This document shows positions 47,970 through 56,972 of a stretch of DNA of 64,000 nt, piece by piece (within the stretch, counting starts at the first letter, position 1; every line of letters begins with the position of its first letter). A program made the position numbers and the translations under genes. The stretch comes from a bacterium. GTDB taxonomy: Bacteria; Hinthialibacterota; Hinthialibacteria; Hinthialibacterales; Hinthialibacteraceae. The notes under the pieces are model-generated. The model saw only the letters and a program-made list of their open reading frames with translations. It ran no database searches and was not told where the DNA came from. The stretch covers positions 32,001 through 96,000 of the forward strand of contig CAXXSM010000036.1 of NCBI GenBank assembly GCA_963663405.2. The letters run 5' to 3'.

Positions 47970-50639
47970 ATGTTAGAGAGAACGGTTCGTTTCATCACAG
48001 TATTGTTTGTTTCCGTATTTTTTACATCTTTAGCGAGCGCAGCGGTGCCGGGGATTATTGGGTACCAGGGACGAGTGATGGTGGATGGATCACCCTTTGA
48101 TGGGACGGGACATTTCAAGTTCGCGATCGTGACATCCACCGGTGAGATTTTATGGAGCAACGATGGGACGGCCGGGACGAATCTCGTTCCCGGTTCCGCG
48201 GTTTCGCTTTCCGTGAACGAAGGATTGTTCTCGCTTGGATTGGGGGATACGAATCTGGAAAAAATGGATTATGTGATTCCGCCGGATATTTTCAGTAATC
48301 CGGAAGTCTATCTGCGGGTCTGGTTCAGTTCGGATGGATCAACGTTTGAGCAACTCTCGACCGATCAGCGGATTCTGGTTGTCGGCTATGCGATGGAAGC
48401 GGCGCATGCGGAAGAAGCCGATCAGGCGGCCACATCGAATCACGCCGATGTGGCGGATGCCTTAACCGGTTTCGATATCACAACGCTCTGGGGGCTGACA
48501 GGCAACGCGGGGACCACGCCCGGAACTGATTTTCTGGGGACAACGGATAATCAGGCTCTCGAATTCAAAGTGAACAGTCTACGCGCGATGCGGCTGGAAC
48601 CGAATCCCTTCTCTCCCAATGTCATTGGTGGAAATCCTGGAAACAGCGTCACAGCGGGGATGTATGGCGCTAGTATTGGTGGTGGTGGACAGGGAGGACA
48701 ACTCAATCAAGTAACCGCCCATTTTGGAACCATCGGTGGTGGCCGAAACAATACGGCAGGAGCTGTCGATTCGACCATTGGAGGAGGATTTACTAATACC
48801 GCATCCGGTGAAAGAGCTACCGTTGGTGGAGGACAAGGCAACACCGCGAGTGGGAATTATGGAACCGTCGCGGGAGGGCAAAGCAACACCGCGGAAGGGA
48901 ATTATGGAACTGTACCGGGAGGATTGGATAACACTGCGGAGGGAATCTTAAGTTTCGCGGCGGGCCGAAGGGCAAAAGCGTTGCACGATGGTAGTTTCGT
49001 CTGGGGAGACAAAACCAACGCAGATATTGAATCCACAGGGGAAAATCAGTTTGTGGTTCGGGCCAATGGGGGGACGTTTATTCATGGAAATATGGATGTT
49101 TCGGGAACGGCTGAAGTGGATCAACTTACTGTTACAGGAACGTTAACCGCTGATACATTCAAAGCGAAAGATTCTGATCACGCCGATGTAGCGGATACCC
49201 TAACCGGATTCGATCCCAATTCAAAATGGGGACTCTCTGGTAATACGGGAACGATTCCGGGGACTGATTTTCTAGGCACAACGGACAACCAGGCTCTTGA
49301 ATTCAAAGTGAACAATCAACGCGTGATGCGGCTGGAACCAAACTCCTTCTCTCCCAATATCATTAGTGGGAATCCTGGAAACAGTGTTACAGCAGGGATG
49401 TATGGCGCCACTATTGGTGGTGGTGGGCAGGGACAGGGAAATCAACTTAACCAAGTAACCGCCCATTATGGAACCATCGGTGGTGGCCGAAACAATACGG
49501 CAGGAGCTGTCGATTCGACCATTGGAGGAGGATTTACTAATACCGCATCCGGTGAAAGAGCTACCGTTGGTGGAGGACAAGGCAACACCGCGAGTGGGAA
49601 TTATGGAACCGTCGCGGGAGGGCAAAGCAACACTGCGGAGGGAATCTTAAGTTTCGCGGCGGGGCGAAGGGCGAAAGCGCTGCATGATGGAAGTTTCGTC
49701 TGGGGTGACAAAACCAACGCGGATATTGAATCCACAGGGGAAAACCAATTTGTGGTGCGCGCGAATGGCGGGACGTTCATTCATGGAGATCTCACTGTTA
49801 CCGGAAATGTATCGGTGCCAGCGAAATGGCCAAGTGGATTTGAGGTAATTACGGTCAATCTACCTAATCTAGCGGCCGGTTCCAAACCATTACAACTTGT
49901 CAATATAAACGCGGGGGTATTTCGAATAGGTAGCCTGAACAGCGATCCGGATGCAGACTCTTTGGAGAAACCTCAACATAGTGTATTTATCAGTAAGGAT
50001 TATTACATGGGGAAGTATGAGGTGACGCAGGCGCAGTGGGAGGCGGTGATGGATGGGAATCCATGGGGAATCAGTACAACTCCTTCGTATTTTAGCGGGA
50101 ACGACCGTCCTGTGGAGATGGTTAGTTGGTACGATTGCGCGCGATTTTGCAATCGATTAAGTGAGATGGAGGGAAGGACGTCCGTGTACGATCTGTCAAC
50201 GTGGGCGATTGATTATGAAGCGGATGGGTATCGGATGCCGACGGAGGCGGAATGGGAGAACGCGTGCCGCGCGGGGACTACGACGCGGTATTATTGGGGG
50301 GATGATTTGAGTTATACGGAGATCGGGGATTACGCTTGGTATTATTATAATTCATCGTCACAAACACATGAAGCCGGTTTAAAACTACCAAATGCCTGGG
50401 GCCTATATGATATGAGTGGAAATGTCTGGGAATGGTCTAATGATTGGTATAGTAGCACGTATTATACCATTGAAAATAAAATCGATCCAACCGGTGCGGC
50501 AACGGGCTCGCTCCGTGTGCTTCGCGGTGGCGGTTGGGGCTACGGCGCCGAGGACTGCCGGTCTGCGTTTCGCTACTACTACTCGCCCGGCAACCGCGCC
50601 AGCTCCGTTGGCTTCCGGCTCCTGAGGTCTTACCCTTGA
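47970..50639 (+). CDS. Secreted fibre-like adhesin: tail-fibre-type N-domain, duplicated YadA-head-like 14-aa repeats, C-terminal FGE-sulfatase/CLec domain (putative DGR target)
   Basis: AAGGAGG RBS, signal peptide, IGYQGRV, NTASGxxxTVxGGxx repeats, YRMPTEAEWENACRAG, YDMSGNVWEW, RVLRGGGW...VGFRL. Confidence 0.85.
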   Translation: MLERTVRFITVLFVSVFFTSLASAAVPGIIGYQGRVMVDGSPFDGTGHFKFAIVTSTGEILWSNDGTAGTNLVPGSAVSLSVNEGLFSLGLGDTNLEKMDYVIPPDIFSNPEVYLRVWFSSDGSTFEQLSTDQRILVVGYAMEAAHAEEADQAATSNHADVADALTGFDITTLWGLTGNAGTTPGTDFLGTTDNQALEFKVNSLRAMRLEPNPFSPNVIGGNPGNSVTAGMYGASIGGGGQGGQLNQVTAHFGTIGGGRNNTAGAVDSTIGGGFTNTASGERATVGGGQGNTASGNYGTVAGGQSNTAEGNYGTVPGGLDNTAEGILSFAAGRRAKALHDGSFVWGDKTNADIESTGENQFVVRANGGTFIHGNMDVSGTAEVDQLTVTGTLTADTFKAKDSDHADVADTLTGFDPNSKWGLSGNTGTIPGTDFLGTTDNQALEFKVNNQRVMRLEPNSFSPNIISGNPGNSVTAGMYGATIGGGGQGQGNQLNQVTAHYGTIGGGRNNTAGAVDSTIGGGFTNTASGERATVGGGQGNTASGNYGTVAGGQSNTAEGILSFAAGRRAKALHDGSFVWGDKTNADIESTGENQFVVRANGGTFIHGDLTVTGNVSVPAKWPSGFEVITVNLPNLAAGSKPLQLVNINAGVFRIGSLNSDPDADSLEKPQHSVFISKDYYMGKYEVTQAQWEAVMDGNPWGISTTPSYFSGNDRPVEMVSWYDCARFCNRLSEMEGRTSVYDLSTWAIDYEADGYRMPTEAEWENACRAGTTTRYYWGDDLSYTEIGDYAWYYYNSSSQTHEAGLKLPNAWGLYDMSGNVWEWSNDWYSSTYYTIENKIDPTGAATGSLRVLRGGGWGYGAEDCRSAFRYYYSPGNRASSVGFRLLRSYP
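50505..50639 (+). other. Putative DGR variable region (VR)
   Basis: Only 9 A in 50505-50624 (120 nt) and none at third codon positions; ligand-facing codons are almost all NNC/NNT. Confidence 0.7.
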
Positions 50640-50712
50640 GTGCTTTTACCCTATAGGGCTTGGAGGGAGAAAACTCGGAGAACGGAATAGGTAGAGAATG
50701 GAATCTGGAATG

Positions 50713-50862
50713 AACGGGCGGCGGCGAAGCGATAGCCGGCGTCCGCCCGTTAAGGCTCCGGCGCAAGCGCCGGTTCATGGAAGATGGAATGAACGGTGGT
50801 AGAAGGAAAGATTTGGAGTTCATAAACCGGAGAGGGGCGCTGGGGAGATATATCTCCCCAGC
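50713..50862. other. GC-rich hairpins downstream of the VR
   Basis: AACGGGCGG/CCGCCCGTT (50713-50751), CCGGCG-CAAG-CGCCGG (50758-50773), perfect 24-bp palindrome GCTGGGGAGATATATCTCCCCAGC (50839-50862). Confidence 0.7.
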
Positions 50863-50880
50863 TCGCGCGGGATTTGAATA

Positions 50881-51003
50881 GTGTGATTGTCTGAACCATG
50901 ATTATAAGGATTAAAGGATTTCCATGATTTAAAATCAAGTAGGCCTGAGCCGCGCGATGGCGGCTTTTATCAAGTAAATCATGAAAATCAAGGTTCAGAC
51001 AAA
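50881..51003. repeat. 9-nt-periodic hairpin repeat, subfamily B, complete
   Basis: TTGTCTGAACC...GGTTCAGACAA terminal stem with periodic GATT/ATC motifs. Confidence 0.85.
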
Positions 51004-51058
51004 ATATTCGGTGGGCTATAAAACTGATCCACCCTATATCAACAAAGGAAAATAAAAA

Positions 51059-52177
51059 ATGAAATCGAAAATTATAACCATAGCATTTCTACTGTGTATT
51101 ATTCTATACCCACCCGGATTACATGCCGGAGTAGAGATCAATCCCAACGGGATAGGCTCAGGAGCCCACGCGTCAGGCGGAGGCTCCATCTCAATGTTCG
51201 CCGCGCTGGAGACAGGAGGAACATCTTCGTCAGGGAATGGTCGAGTAATAATTCATTCCGGTTTCATCGGGCAACTATCAACCGGCGGAAGCAACACAGC
51301 GCCCGTTGTCGATCCAAATATCGATGTGCTCGTGACCGGCTATCAAGCCGATTTAACAGCAATCTTCACCGATCCAGACGCGTCTGACACACATACCGCC
51401 TCGATTGATTGGGGAGATGGATTTACATACCCAGGTGTGGTCACACCTGGAACCGGTGGAGGTACCGTGACGGGAAACCATCTCTATACGGGAGATGGGA
51501 TCTACACAATTACAGTGACGGTTGAGGATTCACCGGGTGAAACCGGATCGGCTGATGTGACGATCTGTATCTTCTCGTATCTAGTCAACAGTGATGGAAC
51601 GGGAGGCGGTGTCAACAAATACTGGCCGGGAACGCTCGGATATTTCGACGCATGGTGGACCGCGACGGATTACGCAGGCGGTGATTCGAGCAATCCAGCG
51701 TATCCCTTCTATCCCGCCTGGTGCGCGTATTTGGATACGCTCATCCAGCTGGGCGTATGGTACAACAATGTCGGAATGTATTCCTCCCTGACCGATACGT
51801 GTTCATTGGTTGACAATCCAGAAAACCTGGACTTGGTGAATTACTTATTATTTAAATATCGTCTTGGAACGTATATCCCATATGGCGCAACCAATAGAGA
51901 AATCCAGGCGGTGATTTGGCGGCTCCTCTTTAACAGCAGTTTTAAGTGGGATGAGACCAACCATGTGCCGGATGGAGGAATTACGTGGGATATTGGCATC
52001 GCTGATCAAGTCTATACGAATGTGTTAGGTGGATCGCTTCCCCCGTATGATAGTAATGACACACTTCCTATCGTTGTTATCATCGATTGCGGCGATCAGG
52101 TGAATTTGATTGAGATACCTTATTACATTTTTGTTGAATTATTATCACGTGGGATCGTGGTGGATGGGTGTCTGTAA
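51059..52177 (+). CDS. Secreted PKD-domain protein
   Basis: Signal peptide LHA-G; FTDPDASDTHTASIDWGDG...HLYTGDGIYTITVTVED. Confidence 0.8.
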   Translation: MKSKIITIAFLLCIILYPPGLHAGVEINPNGIGSGAHASGGGSISMFAALETGGTSSSGNGRVIIHSGFIGQLSTGGSNTAPVVDPNIDVLVTGYQADLTAIFTDPDASDTHTASIDWGDGFTYPGVVTPGTGGGTVTGNHLYTGDGIYTITVTVEDSPGETGSADVTICIFSYLVNSDGTGGGVNKYWPGTLGYFDAWWTATDYAGGDSSNPAYPFYPAWCAYLDTLIQLGVWYNNVGMYSSLTDTCSLVDNPENLDLVNYLLFKYRLGTYIPYGATNREIQAVIWRLLFNSSFKWDETNHVPDGGITWDIGIADQVYTNVLGGSLPPYDSNDTLPIVVIIDCGDQVNLIEIPYYIFVELLSRGIVVDGCL

Positions 52178-52446
52178 ATAATCATATCTGTTTGCATCCG
52201 TTTTACGGCTTTTACAATCTCGCAGAGCGCGGCTGAACTTTTCGTTTATGGGAAAGCGGTTCGATTACGCTGGGAGTAAATCTCCTACACGATTCATTTT
52301 CGAGAAAGCATTTGATAGAACGACCGAAGGTGTGCCGCCGCGCAGTTTCTTTTTTTCTCAATCATTATTCCATCGCTATTGAAGTTGAATTTTGAATCTG
52401 TTAGGATCAAACAAGAATTGATTATATTCTTGTTTTTAGGAGGTTT

Positions 52447-53910
52447 ATGATGAGAATACGGTTTGGGTATCTCAGTCTTATTTCCGTTTTTCTGTTGGCC
52501 GGTTGCGCTGTAGCTGGCGCGGATACCGTAGGATACTGGAAGTTCGACAACACGAATGTCGGAACGGCGTTGGATCAGAATGTTGCATTTCAGGATTCCA
52601 GCGCTAGTGGTTTAACCGGTATATTGGGGCTGCCGTTCAGTTCACCCGGTTCGGCGCCGGGGCCGTCCGGTTTGGCGGAGGATTTAGCCTTATCGCTGGA
52701 TGGGGAAGCCTGCCTGATCGTGGATGATTCGGATGCTGAATTGTTGAACATTCTGGCGCCTCCCATGACGCTTGAAGCGTGGATTCGCGCGGACGAAATG
52801 CAGGATGGGCATGTCGGACTCGTCAGTTACGGCGTCCCCGGCGGCCGGGATGGCCGGGGCGGATGGAAACTGGGACTCAACAATGGTGACCTTTTATTCA
52901 CTACATTCGGCGTTGTGGATGTGTATTCTTCTGTTCCTTTCCCATATGATGGCGCGTGGCATCACATCGCCGCCGTCTACTCAGACGTAGACGCATGGGT
53001 GCTCTTTTACATTGACGGCGAGGAATTGGGAGTCGTGGAAGAGAGCCGTGCCTTACTGGATCCCTCTTCCAAGGAATTAAATATTGGAGCGCAGTATACC
53101 TCGATCGGCCGCTTTCTGGGGGATATTGATCGTGTGCGGATTTCCAATGCGGCTTTATCGGAAGATGAACTGGACACCGATCCCGCGAATGTAAAACCTG
53201 TGGTTGAGAGCACACTCGCGTTTTACGATTTCGATGAAGGCGCCGTTCCTTATGACAGCCAAGGCGCCGAACCCACACGTACGGCGATTTCGTTGGAAAC
53301 CTGGGTTGAAACGAATATTCCCCGTACCAATATGAATCTTCCAACGGTGGAAGAGAACAGCCCCTCTGGTGAAGCGGGTGATATGTCGCTGTTATTTGAT
53401 TTAGACGCGGGCAGCCGCGCGTTTGTGATGGATCCGGACGGGTTGTTGGATTTTAGTGATGGCAGCTGGACGCTGGAGGCGTGGGTGAGCACCGAACTGA
53501 TGAGTTTGGAACGTATGGTATTGTTTTATTACGGCCGGCCCGGTGAAGGCTATTCTTTGTCAATTAACGAGGATGGAACGCTTCAAGTGACCACACTTGG
53601 CATCGCCGACCTGCCTTCCACAAACGCCATTGTTCCGTATGACTTGGAATGGACCCATGTGGCCGTCTCCCATGTAGCTGGTGAATCGATCAACTTTTTC
53701 ATTAATGGCGAGTTAGTCGAAACCCAGGAGTATACAAGACTTACGAATCCCGCCAACGGGGGCGTTCTCTACATTGGCGCGGAATATAATGGCGGATTGC
53801 CGTTCTTCGGTAATATCGATCGGATCCGGATCAGCAATAGCGCGCTTGCGGCGGAGGATTTGGACTCGAATGCGGTTGTTGTTGATATCTCGATGTGGCC
53901 TTTATATTAA
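52447..53910 (+). CDS. Secreted tandem LamG/ConA-like domain protein with C-terminal DISMWPLY tail
   Basis: AGGAGG RBS, signal peptide; two repeats of TLEAW...WxHxA...YIDG/FING...IGA..F.G.IDRxRISNxAL. Confidence 0.85.
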   Translation: MMRIRFGYLSLISVFLLAGCAVAGADTVGYWKFDNTNVGTALDQNVAFQDSSASGLTGILGLPFSSPGSAPGPSGLAEDLALSLDGEACLIVDDSDAELLNILAPPMTLEAWIRADEMQDGHVGLVSYGVPGGRDGRGGWKLGLNNGDLLFTTFGVVDVYSSVPFPYDGAWHHIAAVYSDVDAWVLFYIDGEELGVVEESRALLDPSSKELNIGAQYTSIGRFLGDIDRVRISNAALSEDELDTDPANVKPVVESTLAFYDFDEGAVPYDSQGAEPTRTAISLETWVETNIPRTNMNLPTVEENSPSGEAGDMSLLFDLDAGSRAFVMDPDGLLDFSDGSWTLEAWVSTELMSLERMVLFYYGRPGEGYSLSINEDGTLQVTTLGIADLPSTNAIVPYDLEWTHVAVSHVAGESINFFINGELVETQEYTRLTNPANGGVLYIGAEYNGGLPFFGNIDRIRISNSALAAEDLDSNAVVVDISMWPLY

Positions 53911-53943
53911 TCCTCTACTAATCCATAACGATTATAACATTTT

Positions 53944-53989
53944 AAAGCGGCCACTGGCGATTGCATTAACGCCAGTGGCCGCTTTTTTT
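53944..53989 (+). terminator. Intrinsic terminator
   Basis: AAAGCGGCCACTGGCG / CGCCAGTGGCCGCTTT 16-bp stem with a T7 run. Confidence 0.9.
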
Positions 53990-54098
53990 ATTTCTCTCTT
54001 TTCTCTTCTTCGTTTGAACGCGCTCAAATTATGAGTATACTGTTAGGCTGAAATCAATTGTTCTATGCTCCATTCATTTTCAAGCAAGAAAGGAAAAC

Positions 54099-56177
54099 AT
54101 GATGAGACTTTTCTATTTGTTGACACTTAGCCTTTTTGTCTGTTCGTTGGGCGCCGCTCAGCCTGTGTACGTTGATTTGGCGGATTTATTCGATACTGAC
54201 GTTGTAGTGGAACCAGGGGGAGCGGGGTTGACCGATCCGTTGGATGAAGAGGACGGGTGGATTGACGGCGCGTCATTGTCTAAATCGTATAACAGCGAAC
54301 TGCCAACTTTCACGCAGGATGGATCGACTTCCTTTTTCTTCGCTCCGTTGGACGCCTCTGGATTGGACGCGCTGGCTCTGAATGGGCAATCGATCGCCGC
54401 CCCAGTGAGACATTATGAATCGCTTGATCTGGCGCTGCTTTCCGCGCCGGGATCGTTTGGGTATCCATTTGACAGGATTGAATTGCGGTACATGGATGGT
54501 TCAAGCGATTCGTATCGATGGGGGCCCGTCGCCGGATGGTTCGCCAGTCCTACAGCTTTTGACAATACTCGATATTCGTATACGGATTCCAGCAGCGTGG
54601 AAACGATCGCCTCGTTCCCTACTAATTTCTCGGATGAAGAGCTGATCTATTTACTGCAGGAAAGGGGAAATGGGAACTCCGGGGGTACCCGCTTCGTGGA
54701 TGGAACCGGATTCGTTCTGTATGTCTTTGAAGATTTACCATTGGATATGGAATCGGCGAAATTGGGAGTCACCGTCGGGAATAACTTTGTTGTGTCCGCC
54801 GCGGCCTATTATTTCAATCCAGAAGATCCGGTTGAAGTCGAGAGCTATACTGTGCTTGCCAATTCAATGGAACTCTACGATGGATTTGAGCATCGGGCGC
54901 TGGGGAATTTAAAATTGTATGAGTTCGATGTTTCGCCCTTTTTAGCGGAGCAGACGGGAGAATTGTATGTCTTATTGACCGACGCGACGCCGGGAAACGG
55001 GTGGGGGCCATACATTCAAAATATCAGTCTCTATACGGGTGAGTATCTGACGTTTGAAGAAACCTTGGAACCTGTTGTTGACACCAGCGAGGCGAACGTA
55101 TACGCCATGTTTCAAACCAATGGCGGCGAGGATGAGAGTCCTTATCTCTATGACAACAGTGGTTCCGGCCCGTCAAACCGGGATCATCGATTCGCCGATG
55201 GCGCAGGTTCGATCACCTATCGCTTCGATCTGCCGGACGATGTGACGGACGCTCAGCTGACGGTCGATATGGCGAATAATTTTGTAGTGAGTCTGGGCGG
55301 CCCCACTGGCGTGGTTCGATACGCGCAAATGTCTCCCGGCACAGCGGATGAGAGCAATTATCTCATCGATGAAGGCGGCAGCATTTTAGGCGGAAATTAC
55401 CGCTTCGCGGATGCGGCCGCGTATATGGTCTACCAATTCGATCTGCCGGATGATCTCACCAGCGCTGTCGCGCAGATCAATGTGGGCAATCAGTTCATTA
55501 TCGAAGTGGCCGGTGGAACAGACAGCGCGTTTGAAATTGAATACGATTGGGTGTTTGATTCAGGAGAGGAGACGCGGGATAACAGCAATCTAGATGTATA
55601 CGAAGTCTCTCTCGATCCCTATTTGCAAAACAATCCGGAAAACATCGTGCAGATCCGGCTTTCCGATGGGATTCCCGCGGATGGATGGGGACCCTATTTG
55701 ACGGGGATCGCGATCGTCAATCAATCGGGAACGGATGAAGATCCATTTACCGAAGTGTTGTCTTCCATGGACTTGTTTGGCGATGATATTCATACGGAAT
55801 ACAACAAAGACTATTACACGATCGATCTCTCGCAGGTTCTCCAATCGGATAATCCGGGGAAAGAAGTGTTTGTGAAATTCACGGATGGCAGCACGGGCGA
55901 TGGCTGGGGACCGGGAATCTTCTGGATGGCGGTGTACAGTGGATCGATCGATATTCAAACGGATACGCTTGTATTCAATGATTTAAAAGCGACGAGTGGG
56001 GAACCCGTAAACTATGGCCTTGGATTACTCAGCCGCCGGTTTCCAGTGGATTCATCAAAGAATCTGTCTGAGATTGTGTTCCCCACGCAGCCGGAGATTG
56101 AATCGGATGTAGTCTACCTGCTTGGGGCGACACTGAATGCTGTCGATAACGCGGTTTCTGATTGGATGATGTTCTGA
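54099..56177 (+). CDS. Secreted acidic protein with three internal repeats and C-terminal AVSDWMMF tail
   Basis: Signal peptide GAA-Q; RF[VA]D x3, N[NQ]F[VI][VI] x3, GWGP x3. Confidence 0.8.
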   Translation: MMRLFYLLTLSLFVCSLGAAQPVYVDLADLFDTDVVVEPGGAGLTDPLDEEDGWIDGASLSKSYNSELPTFTQDGSTSFFFAPLDASGLDALALNGQSIAAPVRHYESLDLALLSAPGSFGYPFDRIELRYMDGSSDSYRWGPVAGWFASPTAFDNTRYSYTDSSSVETIASFPTNFSDEELIYLLQERGNGNSGGTRFVDGTGFVLYVFEDLPLDMESAKLGVTVGNNFVVSAAAYYFNPEDPVEVESYTVLANSMELYDGFEHRALGNLKLYEFDVSPFLAEQTGELYVLLTDATPGNGWGPYIQNISLYTGEYLTFEETLEPVVDTSEANVYAMFQTNGGEDESPYLYDNSGSGPSNRDHRFADGAGSITYRFDLPDDVTDAQLTVDMANNFVVSLGGPTGVVRYAQMSPGTADESNYLIDEGGSILGGNYRFADAAAYMVYQFDLPDDLTSAVAQINVGNQFIIEVAGGTDSAFEIEYDWVFDSGEETRDNSNLDVYEVSLDPYLQNNPENIVQIRLSDGIPADGWGPYLTGIAIVNQSGTDEDPFTEVLSSMDLFGDDIHTEYNKDYYTIDLSQVLQSDNPGKEVFVKFTDGSTGDGWGPGIFWMAVYSGSIDIQTDTLVFNDLKATSGEPVNYGLGLLSRRFPVDSSKNLSEIVFPTQPEIESDVVYLLGATLNAVDNAVSDWMMF

Positions 56178-56184
56178 TAACAAG

Positions 56185-56745
56185 ATGGTTCAAACTCAAT
56201 CCAGTTCATTTACGTTGATTGAACTTCTCATTGTCGTCGCGATCATTGGGATTTTAGCCGCGATCGCTGTTCCCAATTTTCTGAACGCGCAGGTGCGGGC
56301 GAAAGTGACCCGCGTCGAAGCGGATTTCCGGACTCTGGCGACAGCGTTGGAAGCCTACCGGTTGGAATTTGGTAACTATCCGGTCGCGCATCTAATCGAT
56401 CAACAGATCGCGTCAGGTTCCGCGATAAGCCGCTTTTCCGCGTTGACGACGCCGATTTCATATATTTCGTATTACCCCGCGGACCCATTCGGTCAACCGC
56501 GGCAAGACGGTGTCTTTCATACGGAAACATACGATTATTACGATTGGACATCCGCGAAAATCGCCAATAACGCGCCACAGTCAACTCGTGGCGCGTATTG
56601 GCGGATCGCCAGCGCCGGGCCGGACAAGATTCAACTGGTCGGCACGCAGGTCGATTACGACGCCAGCAACGGTATGCTGAGCCTGGGCGATATTGTCCGC
56701 GTAGGAGCCCAGTGGATGCCGTTTGATCGAAGGCGATTGCAGTAA
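56185..56745 (+). CDS. Type IV pilin-like / T2SS pseudopilin (GspG-like)
   Basis: FTLIELLIVVAIIGILAAIAVPNF, ALEAYRLEFGNYP, DPFG, SAGPD. Confidence 0.9.
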   Translation: MVQTQSSSFTLIELLIVVAIIGILAAIAVPNFLNAQVRAKVTRVEADFRTLATALEAYRLEFGNYPVAHLIDQQIASGSAISRFSALTTPISYISYYPADPFGQPRQDGVFHTETYDYYDWTSAKIANNAPQSTRGAYWRIASAGPDKIQLVGTQVDYDASNGMLSLGDIVRVGAQWMPFDRRRLQ

Positions 56746-56766
56746 ACCAGTATTTACACCGTCTAT

Positions 56767-56870
56767 TTTGTCAGAATCAGGATGGACCGGATTTTTAGGA
56801 TAAACAGGATAAGGTATTAAATAGTCATCCTGAATATCCTACCCATCCTGCATATCCAGATTCAGACAGA
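56767..56870. repeat. 9-nt-periodic hairpin repeat, subfamily A
   Basis: TTTGTCAGAATC-AGGAT..CGGAT..AGGAT..AGGAT-loop-ATCCT..ATCCT..ATCCT..ATCCA-GATTCAGACA. Confidence 0.9.
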
Positions 56871-56972
56871 AATTCACCGCTACGCTAACAATCCATCCCA
56901 TCATACACATCGCCATTGCCGCAAATCCCATATCTTGATTCCAATCCACCTACTTGTCTATTCTACATTAGC

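Noticed and set aside
47970-50639. Prophage tail-fibre gene
   Set aside because: It has a Sec signal peptide and a riboswitch, and no phage structural, integrase or lysis genes are nearby.
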